From an uncultured Gammaproteobacteria bacterium (GTDB taxonomy: Bacteria; Pseudomonadota; Gammaproteobacteria; UBA9214), in assembly GCA_963748215.1 (NCBI GenBank), contig CAVVHS010000006.1, positions 480,001 through 544,000 of the forward strand: 64,000 bases of DNA, given 5' to 3'. The translations under genes and the position numbers were made by a program. Below are positions 44,660 through 59,493 of this stretch, piece by piece. The notes below the pieces were generated by a model. That model had not been told where the DNA came from and searched no databases. It saw nothing but the letters and a program-made list of their open reading frames with translations. Each line of letters begins with the position of its first letter. Position 1 is the stretch's first letter.

Positions 44660-45814
44660 ATGCGCACGGCTATCCTGGACTGTATCGATAGCGTTACAGC
44701 CGCGGAATGGAACCGGGTCTCGGGTACTGCACACCCCTTTCTCCGGCATGAATTCCTCGCCGCGCTGGAGCGACACGACTGTGTCGGTGATCGCTATGGC
44801 TGGCTGCCGCGCCATATCGTGGCAATCGACGAGGACGGGCGACTGTGCGGCGTGGTGCCGCTGTACCTGAAGTATAATTCCTACGGTGAATTCGTGTTCG
44901 ACTGGGCCTGGGCGGATGCGTTTCAGCGTGCCGGGCTCCCCTACTACCCGAAACTGGTGTCCTCTATCCCCTATACACCGGTCACCGGGGCGCGCCTCCT
45001 GGTGGCGCCGGATGCGGATCATGCCACCGTGGCACAGGCGCTGCTGGATGCCGCGCTGTCGCTCACCGAGGCAGCCGGGGCGTCGTCACTGCACTGGCTG
45101 TTCACCAGCGATGCGGATACGGACTGGCTGGCCGAACGCGGGCTACTGCGCCGTACCGGCTGTCACTTCCACTGGAAAAACGACAATTACAGTTCGTTCG
45201 ATGACTTCCTGGCACGGCTGAGCTCGCGCAAGCGCAAGAAGATCCGCCGCGAACGACGTTACGTCGCGGAAGCCGGTATCCGCATGCAGATCCTCCACGG
45301 CGACACAGCGACACATGATAAGTGGCGCGCCATGCACGACTTCTATCGCTCGACGTTCGAAAAAAAGTCCGGTATCCCTACCCTTTCGCTGGCTTTCTTC
45401 GAGGAAATCAGCCGTACCATGGGCGACCAGGTCGTGCTGGTGTTCGCGCTGCTCGATGAGCGTCCGGTCGCCGGCGCCATCATGTTGCGTGGCGCCACGG
45501 CCCTGTATGGCCGCCACTGGGGATGCCTGGGGGACTACCACAGCCTGCATTTCGAGGCCTGCTACTATCAGGGTATTGAATATGCCATCAACCACGGGCT
45601 TGCGCTTTTCGAGCCCGGCGCCCAGGGCGAGCACAAGATCAGCCGCGGTTTCCTGCCCACCTATACCTGGTCGGTACACTGGATCAGGGATACGCAATTC
45701 CGGGCGGCGATTGCACATTACCTGGAACAGGAACATGCACTGATGGTCGACTATCACGACGATTTGCAGCGCACCTCGCCGTTCCGCCATGATGAAGAGG
45801 AACACACCGGATAA
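44660..45814 (+). CDS. GNAT/FemAB-like protein (DUF482)
   Basis: SYGEFVFDWAWA, YYPKL, LYGRHWG, LHFEACYYQ, FEPGAQGEHK..RGF. Confidence 0.9.
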   Translation: MRTAILDCIDSVTAAEWNRVSGTAHPFLRHEFLAALERHDCVGDRYGWLPRHIVAIDEDGRLCGVVPLYLKYNSYGEFVFDWAWADAFQRAGLPYYPKLVSSIPYTPVTGARLLVAPDADHATVAQALLDAALSLTEAAGASSLHWLFTSDADTDWLAERGLLRRTGCHFHWKNDNYSSFDDFLARLSSRKRKKIRRERRYVAEAGIRMQILHGDTATHDKWRAMHDFYRSTFEKKSGIPTLSLAFFEEISRTMGDQVVLVFALLDERPVAGAIMLRGATALYGRHWGCLGDYHSLHFEACYYQGIEYAINHGLALFEPGAQGEHKISRGFLPTYTWSVHWIRDTQFRAAIAHYLEQEHALMVDYHDDLQRTSPFRHDEEEHTG

Positions 45815-45826
45815 GGCATTGCAGGC

Positions 45827-46555
45827 ATGATACGCGTCAACGACACAGCGCCGTACTGGATCGACAGCGACGACCCGGAGATCGCATTTCCCGATGTCGA
45901 ACGGGCCCTGCGCGATCCCGACGGCCTGCTTGCGCTGGGCGGTGACCTGTCGGTGCCGCGCCTGCTGCATGCCTACCGGCACGGCATTTTTCCCTGGTTC
46001 GGGCCGCGCCAGCCCATCCTGTGGTGGTCGCCGGACCCGCGACTGGTGCTGCGCCCGCATGATCTGCATATCTCCCGCAGCCTGGCCAGGACCCTGCGCA
46101 AGGAGCGCTTCCGGGTCACGCTCGACAGGGATTTCCGCGGGGTCATCGAGCGCTGTGCCGCACCGCGGCCCGGGCAGGCGGGTACCTGGATCACCCCGGA
46201 GATGCAGACCGCCTACGTCGACCTGCATGCCGCAGGTTATGCGCATTCGGCCGAATGCTGGCTCGATGATGTCCTCGTCGGCGGCCTCTACGGTATCGCG
46301 ATCGGACGTATTTTCTTCGGTGAATCAATGTTCACCCGCGTGCCGGACGCCTCCAAGGTGGTATTTGTCCAGCTGGTCAGGGAGTTGCAGCAGCGGGAGT
46401 TCCGGCTGATTGACTGCCAGGTGCACACCGGGCACCTGGCCAGCCTGGGTGCGACCGCCATGCCGCGTCGCGAATTCGTGCGCATCCTCGGCGAGGCCTG
46501 CGACACCGTTACCAGCCCGGGTCCCTGGTCGTTCACGCGGCACAACGGGATATGA
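45827..46555 (+). CDS. aat: leucyl/phenylalanyl-tRNA--protein transferase
   Basis: [37 protein letters not shown]. Confidence 0.96.
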   Translation: MIRVNDTAPYWIDSDDPEIAFPDVERALRDPDGLLALGGDLSVPRLLHAYRHGIFPWFGPRQPILWWSPDPRLVLRPHDLHISRSLARTLRKERFRVTLDRDFRGVIERCAAPRPGQAGTWITPEMQTAYVDLHAAGYAHSAECWLDDVLVGGLYGIAIGRIFFGESMFTRVPDASKVVFVQLVRELQQREFRLIDCQVHTGHLASLGATAMPRREFVRILGEACDTVTSPGPWSFTRHNGI

Positions 46556-46611
46556 AGGCGGGCCAATTACGGTATAATGCGCCGCTTAATTCATCAGGCA
46601 CTAGGGTTTCC

Positions 46612-46830
46612 ATGGCAAAAGAAGATCACATCGAAATGGAAGGGACCGTGGTCGAAACCCTTCCGAATACCATGTTCAGGGTCGAGCTGGAAAACGGCCA
46701 TATCGTGACCGCGCATATCTCCGGCAAGATGCGCAAGCACTACATTCGCATCCTGCGCGGTGACAAGGTCACCGTGGAGCTGACACCCTACGATCTGTCC
46801 AAGGGGCGCATCACCTATCGCGCCCGCTAG
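46612..46830 (+). CDS. infA: translation initiation factor IF-1
   Basis: [11 protein letters not shown]...LPNTMFRV...[11 protein letters not shown]. Confidence 0.98.
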   Translation: MAKEDHIEMEGTVVETLPNTMFRVELENGHIVTAHISGKMRKHYIRILRGDKVTVELTPYDLSKGRITYRAR

Positions 46831-46847
46831 GCGCCGTATTCCGCTGT

Positions 46848-49106
46848 TCAGGAGACGGAGATCTCCTTCCCCTCGAATTCAAAGGCAAGTTCACCGTCTT
46901 CCAGCTGGATCAGCAAGTGCCCGCCACGGGCCAGCTTGCCAAACAGCAACTCTTCCGCCAGTGGCTTCTTGATATGCTGCTGGATCAGGCGCGCCATTGG
47001 CCGTGCGCCCATCTTTGGATCATAGCCGTGCTCGGCCAGCCACAGGCGTGCCGCCTCGTCGATCTCCAGCGTCACCTGCTGTTCCTGAAGCTGTGCTTCC
47101 AGCTCGAAGATGAACTTGTCCACCACCTGCACGATCACGGTGGGATCCAGCGGGTTGAACTGCACGATGGCGTCGAGCCGGTTGCGGAACTCCGGTGTGA
47201 ACAGCTTGCGAATCGCCTCCATGGCGTCGGTGGAATGATCCTGCTGGGTAAAGCCGATGGACGGCCGGCTCGTTTCATGTGCGCCGGCATTGGTCGTCAT
47301 TACCAGGATGACGTTGCGGAAATCCGCCTTGCGACCGTTGTTATCGGTCAGTGTGCCGTGGTCCATGACCTGCAGCAGCAGGTTGAAGACATCCGGATGC
47401 GCCTTTTCGATTTCGTCCAGCAACAACACGACGTGTGGATTCTTCGATATGGCCTCGGTCAGCAGGCCGCCCTGGTCGTAACCGACATAGCCGGGCGGCG
47501 CGCCGATCAGGCGCGATACCGTATGCCTCTCCATATACTCGGACATGTCGAAGCGCACCAGTTCCAGACCCAGGATGCGTGCAAGTTGCCGGGTGACCTC
47601 GGTTTTGCCGACGCCGGTCGGCCCGGCGAACAGGAACGAGCCTATCGGACGGGTTTCATTACCGAGACCGGAACGTTGCATCTTGATCGAGGATGCCAGC
47701 GTTTCGATGGCCAGATCCTGTCCGTACACGACCATCTTGAGATCGCGTTCCAGGTTGCGCAACGTCTCCTTGTCGGAGGCGGACACCGATTTTTCCGGGA
47801 TACGTGCCATCAGTGCGATGACGCGCTCGATCTCGCTGACACCGATGGTCTTTTTGCGCTTGGACGGCGGACGCAGGCGCTGGCTGGCGCCGGCCTCGTC
47901 GATCACGTCGACGGCCTTGTCCGGCAGGTGACGGTCATTGATATAGCGATCCGCCAGCTCTGCCGCGGTACGCAGGGCATTCATCGAGTACTTGACCTTG
48001 TGGTGCTCCTCGAAACGCGACTTGAGTCCTTTGAGGATGGTGATCGTTTCCTCGACCGAGGGCTCGGTGATGTCCACCTTCTGGAAGCGCCGCGTCAGGG
48101 CATGGTCCTTCTCGAAGATGCCACGGTATTCCTGGTAGGTGGTGGAGCCGATGCACTTGAGCTCACCGGAAGCCAGCATCGGCTTCATCAGGTTGGAGGC
48201 ATCCATCACGCCACCGGATGCCGCACCGGCGCCGATCATGGTGTGGATTTCATCGATAAACAGGATTGCGCCCGGCTCCTTGCGCAGTTGCGCGAGGACG
48301 GCCTTGAAGCGCTTTTCGAAATCGCCGCGGTACTTGGTGCCGGCCACCAGCGAACCGAGATCAAGCGAGTAGATGGTGCTGTTGAGCAGGACTTCGGGCA
48401 CATCACCCTCGACGATCATGCGGGCCAGGCCCTCGGCGAGCGCGGTCTTGCCGACGCCGGCTTCACCCACGAACAGGGGGTTGTTCTTGCGGCGGCGGCA
48501 CAGGATCTGGATGGTGCGCTGGATCTCGGAGCGGCGCCCGATCAGAGGATCGATACGACCCTGTGCGGCGAGTTCGTTGAGATTGGTGGCGAATGTATCC
48601 AGCGGCTGTTTCGTGCTGTTGTCCTGCAGGTCGGATTCTGCAGGATTCTCGATGCTTTCCTCGGGCTGGTCATTGACCTTGGAAATGCCGTGCGAAATGT
48701 AGTTGATCACATCGAGGCGCGTGATATCCAGCTTGTTCAGTAGATAGACGGCCTGCGACTCCTGTTCGCTGAAAATTGCTACCAGCACGTTGGCGCCATT
48801 GACCTCGTTCTTGTCTGACGACTGCACGTGAAATACTGCGCGCTGCAGGACGCGCTGAAAACCCAGCGTGGGCTGCGTCTCGCGCGTATCACCCGGTGCA
48901 AGCCTTGGCGTGGTCTCCTCGATGAAGGCGCCGACTTCCTGCTTGAGCTGTTCCACGTTGCCGCCGCAGGCGCGCAATACGTCCACCGCAGACGGGTTGC
49001 CAAGCAATGCATAAAGCAGGTGCTCCACGGTCATGAACTCGTGGTTTTTCTCCCGCGCTTCCTTGAAAGCCAGGTTCAGGGTAAATTCGAGTTCCTTGCT
49101 CAACAT
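46848..49106 (-). CDS. clpA: ATP-dependent Clp protease ATP-binding subunit ClpA
   Basis: Two AAA modules (GEAGVGKT, GPTGVGKT); HEFMTVEHLL; IGF loop. Confidence 0.98.
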   Translation of the reverse strand: MLSKELEFTLNLAFKEAREKNHEFMTVEHLLYALLGNPSAVDVLRACGGNVEQLKQEVGAFIEETTPRLAPGDTRETQPTLGFQRVLQRAVFHVQSSDKNEVNGANVLVAIFSEQESQAVYLLNKLDITRLDVINYISHGISKVNDQPEESIENPAESDLQDNSTKQPLDTFATNLNELAAQGRIDPLIGRRSEIQRTIQILCRRRKNNPLFVGEAGVGKTALAEGLARMIVEGDVPEVLLNSTIYSLDLGSLVAGTKYRGDFEKRFKAVLAQLRKEPGAILFIDEIHTMIGAGAASGGVMDASNLMKPMLASGELKCIGSTTYQEYRGIFEKDHALTRRFQKVDITEPSVEETITILKGLKSRFEEHHKVKYSMNALRTAAELADRYINDRHLPDKAVDVIDEAGASQRLRPPSKRKKTIGVSEIERVIALMARIPEKSVSASDKETLRNLERDLKMVVYGQDLAIETLASSIKMQRSGLGNETRPIGSFLFAGPTGVGKTEVTRQLARILGLELVRFDMSEYMERHTVSRLIGAPPGYVGYDQGGLLTEAISKNPHVVLLLDEIEKAHPDVFNLLLQVMDHGTLTDNNGRKADFRNVILVMTTNAGAHETSRPSIGFTQQDHSTDAMEAIRKLFTPEFRNRLDAIVQFNPLDPTVIVQVVDKFIFELEAQLQEQQVTLEIDEAARLWLAEHGYDPKMGARPMARLIQQHIKKPLAEELLFGKLARGGHLLIQLEDGELAFEFEGKEISVS

Positions 49107-49132
49107 GTCAGCACCTCGCTAGCAATTGCCAA

Positions 49133-49453
49133 CTAAACCTGTTCCATACTGCACAGCAGAGGATGCTGGTGGCGCTGTGCGTATTCATTGACCTGCGCTA
49201 CCTTGGTCTCGGCGATCTCGTAGGTGAAGATGCCGCAGACCCCCTTGCCCTGACTGTGCACCAGCAACATGACGCGTGTTGCCTTTTCGCGATCCATACC
49301 GAACAGTTTCTCCAGCAAGGTCACGACGAACTCCATCGGCGTGAAATCGTCGTTCAGGAGAAACACCTTGTACATCGACGGTTCCTTGAGTTCGGGTTTC
49401 GCCTCCTTGAGCGCCAACCCGTCGCCGTCGCGATGTTCCTGCTCGTTACTCAT
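49133..49453 (-). CDS. clpS: Clp protease adaptor ClpS
   Basis: [21 protein letters not shown]. Confidence 0.97.
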   Translation of the reverse strand: MSNEQEHRDGDGLALKEAKPELKEPSMYKVFLLNDDFTPMEFVVTLLEKLFGMDREKATRVMLLVHSQGKGVCGIFTYEIAETKVAQVNEYAQRHQHPLLCSMEQV

Positions 49454-49647
49454 GGTTCCGGTTCCCGCCTGCCGTCTCCGGGCGATAGTTTATGACAGGT
49501 GTATTTTACCACTCATTTCATAAACATACATGCCCGCCAGACAGGTGTTTGACAGCGCGTCCAGACACAAGTTGCGGAACCGGCCACCTGTGCCATGGAT
49601 CGGCAATAGCGATGTGAACTTGATAACGGGGACGCAAGCCGGACCCT

Positions 49648-49683
49648 GCCACATGCCGCACACGATCGTGTGCGGCATGTGGC
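49648..49683. terminator. perfect 36-bp palindrome downstream of icd
   Basis: GCCACATGCCGCACACGA|TCGTGTGCGGCATGTGGC. Confidence 0.6.
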
Positions 49684-49701
49684 GCGATGTCAGGCTCAGG
49701 C

Positions 49702-50958
49702 TCAGGCGTTGGCCAGGATGGCGCGGCCGAACTCGGAACAACTGACTTTCGTGGCGCCCGGCATCAGCCGATGCAGGTCATAGGTGACGGTCTGTGCCGC
49801 GATTGTCGTGGACAGGCCCTTGATGATCATGTCGGCCGCCTCGTTCCAGCCCAGGTAACGCAGCATCATTTCCGCGGACAGTATCAGCGAACTCGGGTTC
49901 ACCTGGTCCTTGCCGGCATACCCCGGGGCGGTGCCGTGGGTGGCCTCGTACATGGCGATAGTATCGGACAGGTTTGCCCCGGGCGCCATGCCGATACCGC
50001 CGACCTGTGCGGCCAGTGCATCAGAAATATAGTCACCGTTGAGATTGAGCGTGGCAATCACGCTGTAATCCTTCGGGCGCAGCAGTATCTGCTGCAGGAA
50101 GGCATCGGCAATGACGTCCTTGACGACGATTTCATTACCGGTATTCGGGTTTTTGAATTTACACCACGGCCCCCCGTCGATCTCGACGGCACCGAATTCC
50201 TCCTGCGCCAGTTCGTAACCCCAGCCCTTGAACGCACCCTCGGTGAATTTCATGATGTTGCCCTTGTGCACCAGCGTGACGGAAGGCCTGTCCTGGTCCA
50301 CGGCGTACTGCAGGGCCTTGCGCACCAGACGCTTGGTGCCTTCCGAGGACACCGGCTTGATGCCGATACCGGAGGTGGCGGGGAAACGGATCTTGGTCAC
50401 GCCCATTTCGTTCTGCAGGAAATCGATGACCTTTTTCACCTCCGGGCTACCGGCCTGCCACTCGATACCGGCATAGATGTCTTCGGAATTCTCGCGGAAT
50501 ATGACCATGTTGGTATGTTGCGGTGCCCGCAGCGGGCTGGGTGTGCCGTCGAAGTAGCGTACCGGGCGCTGGCACACGTACAGGTCCAGCTGCTGGCGCA
50601 GGGTCACGTTCAGGGAGCGGATGCCGCCGCCGACCGGTGTCGTGAGCGGTCCCTTGATGGACACACTGTATTCACGAATGGCATCCAGGGTCTCGTCAGG
50701 CAGCCAGGTATCCGGACCGTACACGGTATTGGCCTTCTCACCCGCGTAGATCTCCATCCATGCAATGGCACGCCTGCCGCCATAGGCCACCTCGACCACC
50801 CCGTCGACCACGTTGCGCATGACCGGTGTGATATCGATGCCGATACCGTCACCCTCGATGAAGGGTATGACAGGCCGGTCCGGAACGCTGATCGAGTTGT
50901 CTGCATTTACCGTGATCTTTTCGCCTTCTTTGGGAATTACGATGTGTTTGTACGCCAT
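49702..50958 (-). CDS. icd: NADP-dependent isocitrate dehydrogenase
   Basis: [48 protein letters not shown]. Confidence 0.97.
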   Translation of the reverse strand: MAYKHIVIPKEGEKITVNADNSISVPDRPVIPFIEGDGIGIDITPVMRNVVDGVVEVAYGGRRAIAWMEIYAGEKANTVYGPDTWLPDETLDAIREYSVSIKGPLTTPVGGGIRSLNVTLRQQLDLYVCQRPVRYFDGTPSPLRAPQHTNMVIFRENSEDIYAGIEWQAGSPEVKKVIDFLQNEMGVTKIRFPATSGIGIKPVSSEGTKRLVRKALQYAVDQDRPSVTLVHKGNIMKFTEGAFKGWGYELAQEEFGAVEIDGGPWCKFKNPNTGNEIVVKDVIADAFLQQILLRPKDYSVIATLNLNGDYISDALAAQVGGIGMAPGANLSDTIAMYEATHGTAPGYAGKDQVNPSSLILSAEMMLRYLGWNEAADMIIKGLSTTIAAQTVTYDLHRLMPGATKVSCSEFGRAILANA

Positions 50959-50993
50959 GGATCAGTCCTGGTTTTATTTACGGAAACAGCTCG

Positions 50994-51021
50994 AAAAAAA
51001 GCCCCTGCAACGGCAGGGGCT
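50994..51021 (-). terminator. intrinsic terminator
   Basis: Minus strand AGCCCCTGC-CGTT-GCAGGGGC followed by TTTTTTT. Confidence 0.8.
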
Positions 51022-51063
51022 CTAATTTACTATATCTGCCAGCTTCTGGCAGGCTGCTTGTGT

Positions 51064-51987
51064 CTACAGTTCTTCGCCGGAGGCCTGGATCAGGGCTTCC
51101 TCGATGGCACCCGGGGAGCACATGATGTTCATGAAGGTCGCGCCGGATTCGCTGGCGACCATCGGCAGGTGCGGCCAGTTGATCGCGATGCGGAAACGGG
51201 CGAACAGTGCATAGGCGGTACCGTCGGAGACGACGATTTCATACGGCAGGTGCGCGGTGTGGCGCGGTGTGCTCTTGTCGATGCGGCTCATGACGAAATT
51301 GTCACCGCTGCAGTCGTCCGCGTCCTTGCCCTTCAGGGCGACACCGAACACGGTCTCGTCCTTGCCCGGGATGTCGATGCGGTAGACCTTGGCTGTTGCG
51401 CCCTTGCCGGCAGCCAGGGCATCTTCCACCGCCTTCACGGCCTCGGCCTGGCTGTCATACTCGGCCAGCGTACTGGGATCGTCGAAGTACTCCATCATCA
51501 CGGTGTAGTGATACTTGCGCAGGTCGGCGGCAGTCAGGTTCTTCTCGGAACCGAAGTCCTTCTCTGCGCCCAGTGCGCCCTCCACCTGGGCACGGATGTC
51601 GGAAAGGTCGCTGTCCATGCGGTAGGCGGCTGCCATGTAGACCGGGTTGGTGTAGGCGACCTCGGTGCTGTCGCCGTTCTTGGTCACCGAGACACGTACC
51701 ATCGCACCGTAGGCACCGAACTCCGACTTGGCGGCATGGTTCTTGAGTGCATCGTTGGTGACAACGATGATGTCGGCATCCGCGTAGGGAGAATATTCAC
51801 CGACCACCTGGAAACCGGCGCCGGTCAGCTTGGACTTGACCTCGGAGGCGACTGATGCGACGTCGCCACTCGAAGTTCCGGCCAGCACAAGCGGCTGCAA
51901 GTAATCATCAGCCAGGGCACTGCCCGCTGTCATTATGAAAGCGAATCCTGCAAAAAGAGTTTTTCTTAGCAAGCCAGTCATTACCAA
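51064..51987 (-). CDS. exported conserved hypothetical protein (possibly tandem DUF302-like fold)
   Basis: Signal peptide, strong codon bias, YTNPVY, LRKYHY, TAHLPYEI, FMNIMCSPG; has its own terminator. Confidence 0.8.
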   Translation of the reverse strand: MVMTGLLRKTLFAGFAFIMTAGSALADDYLQPLVLAGTSSGDVASVASEVKSKLTGAGFQVVGEYSPYADADIIVVTNDALKNHAAKSEFGAYGAMVRVSVTKNGDSTEVAYTNPVYMAAAYRMDSDLSDIRAQVEGALGAEKDFGSEKNLTAADLRKYHYTVMMEYFDDPSTLAEYDSQAEAVKAVEDALAAGKGATAKVYRIDIPGKDETVFGVALKGKDADDCSGDNFVMSRIDKSTPRHTAHLPYEIVVSDGTAYALFARFRIAINWPHLPMVASESGATFMNIMCSPGAIEEALIQASGEEL

Positions 51988-52232
51988 ATCCTCCAGAACG
52001 TTTTTGTTAATTAAATTCGTAGTTGTTTACCGTTACAACAAGGCGATGAGATATTGCCTCAGGTTACTTCTGTAACTGTACCCCCATGAACGAGTTGTGA
52101 AGTATAGGGTAATGTTTGTTACAGTGCGAGCGCCAATTATTCAACACAAGCACGCTATACGACCACCGCGATCGGAATAAGTTTTTACCTTTCACCATGT
52201 TTTTATCCATACTAAGCCATTGAAAATTATTT

Positions 52233-52679
52233 ATGATCTGGAAACCGCATGTAACGGTGGCTGCTGTGCTGGAACAGGACGGGCGTTTCCTGCTGGTCCA
52301 GGAACGCGTGTCAGGCAAGACGGTCTACAACCAGCCGGCAGGTCACCTGGAAGACAACGAGAGCCTGATCGATGCCGTGATTCGCGAGACCCGCGAGGAG
52401 AGTGGCTGGCAATTCGAGCCGGAGCGGATAACCGGGATCTACCGCTGGCGCCAGCAGTCGCAGCAGCAGACCTATCTCAGGGTCGCGTTTGCCGGCCGCG
52501 GGCTCGCGCTTGATCCGGCCTGTACGCTGGACGACGGTATCGAAGGCACGGTCTGGCTGACGGTCGAGGAAATCCGCCGTCAGGCCGACAGCTTGCGCAG
52601 CCCGCTGGTGATGCGCACCATCGATGATTACCTGGCCGGCGCCGACTTTCCGCTGGTGCTGCTCGCCGACATCGACTAG
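52233..52679 (+). CDS. nudJ: Nudix hydrolase NudJ
   Basis: WKPHVTVAA, NQPAGHLE..ESL..AVIRETREE, LRSPLV; lies upstream of mnmA. Confidence 0.9.
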   Translation: MIWKPHVTVAAVLEQDGRFLLVQERVSGKTVYNQPAGHLEDNESLIDAVIRETREESGWQFEPERITGIYRWRQQSQQQTYLRVAFAGRGLALDPACTLDDGIEGTVWLTVEEIRRQADSLRSPLVMRTIDDYLAGADFPLVLLADID

Positions 52680-52818
52680 CGCCCGGAAACCGGCAGGGCG
52701 CCAGCATTCAACGCAAATATTCATACTGCGTGTACAAGCCTGCCACCATGAAATGGACGACCGTAAATCCCGCCTCCTTCGAGACTGAACCGGCTTGTAA
52801 CACGGGGCGTTCAGAGGC

Positions 52819-53916
52819 ATGAGCAGGGTCATCGTGGGTCTGTCGGGCGGTGTCGATTCTGCCGTGGCGGCGAAACTGCTGCTGGATGCCGGTCATGACG
52901 TGAGTGCCGTGTTCATGAAGAACTGGGACGATGACGACGATGCCGCATTCTGTCCCGCGGCACAGGATCTCGCCGATGCACGTGACATCGCGGCGCGCCT
53001 GGGCATCGAGCTGCAGACAGTCAGCTTCTCCGCGCAATACTGGAACCGGGTGTTCGCGTTTTTCCTGGAGGACTGCGCTGCAGGACGCACACCCAGCCCG
53101 GACATCATCTGCAACCGGGAGATCAAGTTCCGCGCCTTCCTCGACCATGCGCTGCAACTCGGCGCCGATTGCATCGCTACCGGGCACTATGCGCGTATCG
53201 AGAAGCAACCGGTGGTGCGTCTGCTCAAGGGCGTGGATGAACGCAAGGACCAGACCTACTTCCTGCACACCCTCGACCGGGAGCAACTGGCGGGCAGCCT
53301 GTTCCCGCTGGGTGGACTGCACAAGCAGGAGGTGCGGGACATGGCCCGGGCGGCGGGATTCGCGAATCATGCCAAGAAGGACAGCACCGGTATCTGCTTC
53401 ATCGGCGAACGGCGCTTCGATGAGTTCCTGGCCCGCTACCTGGCCGCCAATCCGGGCGACATCAGGACCCTGGACGGACAGATCATCGGCAGGCACCAGG
53501 GGTTGATGTTCTACACCATCGGGCAGCGCCAGGGGCTCGGCATCGGCGGGCTGAAGCAATCCACCGGCGAGCCTTGGTACGTGGCCGGCAAGGACATGGC
53601 CGCCAATGTCCTCTACGTCGTGCAGGGAACCAACCACCCCGCCCTGTTCAGGCCCGCCCTGCTGTCGAGCCGAGTGCACTGGATTGCAGGCACCTCGCCC
53701 GGCACCTCACCCGGTATCGGCTTCGAGTGCACGGCACGCATCCGGCACCAGCAACCGGTACAGGCCTGCACCGTCCACAGTGACGGCGACGGGGGCACTC
53801 GGGTAGAGTTCTCAGAACCGCAGCGCGCTATTGCGCCAGGCCAGTCCGTGGTGTTCTATTCCGGAGACGAATGCCTGGGCGGCGCCATCATCGAGCAGGC
53901 ACTGGACAGCATATGA
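52819..53916 (+). CDS. mnmA: tRNA 2-thiouridylase MnmA
   Basis: SGGVDS, CNREIKF, ATGHY, KDQTYFL, KKDSTGICFIG, PGQSVVFY. Confidence 0.97.
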   Translation: MSRVIVGLSGGVDSAVAAKLLLDAGHDVSAVFMKNWDDDDDAAFCPAAQDLADARDIAARLGIELQTVSFSAQYWNRVFAFFLEDCAAGRTPSPDIICNREIKFRAFLDHALQLGADCIATGHYARIEKQPVVRLLKGVDERKDQTYFLHTLDREQLAGSLFPLGGLHKQEVRDMARAAGFANHAKKDSTGICFIGERRFDEFLARYLAANPGDIRTLDGQIIGRHQGLMFYTIGQRQGLGIGGLKQSTGEPWYVAGKDMAANVLYVVQGTNHPALFRPALLSSRVHWIAGTSPGTSPGIGFECTARIRHQQPVQACTVHSDGDGGTRVEFSEPQRAIAPGQSVVFYSGDECLGGAIIEQALDSI

Positions 53917-54566
53917 GCACCGGGGAGAACCGTACGACACGTGCCCGCACCATCGCGCTGGCCGGCCTGTTCCAGGCCGCCACCCTGGTTCGGCAAACCG
54001 GCCTGGGCAAGATGCGCGACGAAGCCGCGACCCGCGCCAGTATCGGCAGTATTCTGAAAACCGACGCCACCTCCGTCGAGGACGTGTACGGCGGCATCGC
54101 CTCCCTGCGCACCGGGCTGGAAACACTGTCCAGCCAACTGGGCAGTGACAGCGGGTTGCGCGACATGGAACTGACCGGTTACGCCATTACGCTGCTGCAC
54201 CTGGAAAGAAAACTGGCACGGGACAAACCGCGACTGGAGCGCATCACCAGCACCATCCGGCAGCTTGCGACGCAGTCGCAGGACACAGACCTGCGCGACC
54301 CCGACCTCATCGCGGAACTGGCCGAGCTCTACGGCCAGACCATCAGCACGCTGACGCCGCGCATCATGGTACACGGCGATCCCGGAGTGCTGTCCGGCAC
54401 CGCCACGCGCAACATGATCCGCGCCCTGCTGCTATCCGGTATTCGTGCCGCGGTATTGTGGCGCCAGTGCGGCGGCAACCGCCTGCGGCTGATTTTCGGG
54501 CGCAGGGGCATGCTGGAGTCCTGTGTCGGGCTGCTGCGCGAGGCGCGCCTGCACGGGGTGCTGTAA
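53913..54566 (+). CDS. hflD: high-frequency lysogenization protein HflD
   Basis: ALAGLFQA, LLHLERKL, ISTLTPRIMVHG, IRALLLSGIRAAVLWRQCGG. Confidence 0.94.
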   Translation: MSTGENRTTRARTIALAGLFQAATLVRQTGLGKMRDEAATRASIGSILKTDATSVEDVYGGIASLRTGLETLSSQLGSDSGLRDMELTGYAITLLHLERKLARDKPRLERITSTIRQLATQSQDTDLRDPDLIAELAELYGQTISTLTPRIMVHGDPGVLSGTATRNMIRALLLSGIRAAVLWRQCGGNRLRLIFGRRGMLESCVGLLREARLHGVL

Positions 54567-54638
54567 GCTCGCCGTACGCTGATTCCGTGTATAATTGCCG
54601 CGGTTAACAGAATGCCCGGCCCGTTTGCAGGAGATTCC

Positions 54639-58702
<4,064 letters not shown>

Positions 58703-58717
58703 CAGCCGGCCTCAGGC

Positions 58718-59158
58718 GTGTCTGCAACCGATCGGTTTACCGTGCGCGAGGCCGACTGGTGCCATGACCAGGCTGCCATCCGTGCCGTGCGTGATGCCGT
58801 GTTCATTGTCGAACAGGGTATTCCCGCCGCGCTGGAATGGGACGATCTGGACGCGGACTGCCGGCATGTACTGGCCAGCAACGACGCAGGTGACCCCGTG
58901 GCTACCGGTCGACTGACGCCGGAAGGCCGGATTGGCCGGATGGCCGTGCTGCCGGCCTGGCGTGGATGCGGCATTGGTCGTGCGCTGCTGGCGCGACTGC
59001 TGCAGCTGGCCGGGTCCCGTGGCTTGACGGACGTCTGTCTCCACGCACAGCACGCGGCGGCCGGTTTTTATCGTCGGGCAGGTTTTCGAGAAAGCGGCGC
59101 CCCCTTCGCGCTCGCCGGGATTGTGCATGTGAAGATGACACGGTCGATCGATCCCTGA
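58718..59158 (+). CDS. GNAT N-acetyltransferase (ElaA/YjcF-like)
   Basis: VFIVEQG, IGRMAVL..WRGCGIG, LHAQ, FY...GF. Confidence 0.9.
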   Translation: MSATDRFTVREADWCHDQAAIRAVRDAVFIVEQGIPAALEWDDLDADCRHVLASNDAGDPVATGRLTPEGRIGRMAVLPAWRGCGIGRALLARLLQLAGSRGLTDVCLHAQHAAAGFYRRAGFRESGAPFALAGIVHVKMTRSIDP

Positions 59159-59332
59159 TCAATGCTTGCTGAAGACGTCGCGGGTCAAGGGATGCAGGTA
59201 GATATGGTTGATCGGTATCCATACCGCGGAAATGCTGTTCAACCTGCGATCCGGGCTGACGCGCCGGTTGCATTTGCCGTTGCGTTCATGCTCGCCGTGT
59301 CGCCGGTCGTTTTTTTCTCTTCGCTCGTTCAT
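59159..59332 (-). CDS. small hypothetical protein with ERR/DRR repeats
   Basis: MNERREKNDRR...NRRVSPDRR; CAGGA upstream. Confidence 0.55.
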   Translation of the reverse strand: MNERREKNDRRHGEHERNGKCNRRVSPDRRLNSISAVWIPINHIYLHPLTRDVFSKH

Positions 59333-59493
59333 GGTCGTGTCCTGCAATTATCGGTATTTAGCCCATAGTTAACAGCATCCGACAGGTCAAGCCTATTGTA
59401 CGAAGGTTCTAGACATGGTCAGCGCCGGGCAATACCACAGCGCGCCGGCCGCTGCTCGCGGCGGCCGGCGCGCGCCCGGCACTGTGAGGAGGC

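Noticed and set aside
49687-51855. Long + strand ORF (722 aa) and similar long antisense ORFs (46917..48743, 39872..41170, 35818..37110)
   Set aside because: Antisense shadows of well-conserved genes, expected in high-GC, codon-biased DNA.
53689-53714. 12-bp duplication in mnmA (GTSPGTSPG)
   Set aside because: In-frame micro-duplication in a variable linker; probably neutral.
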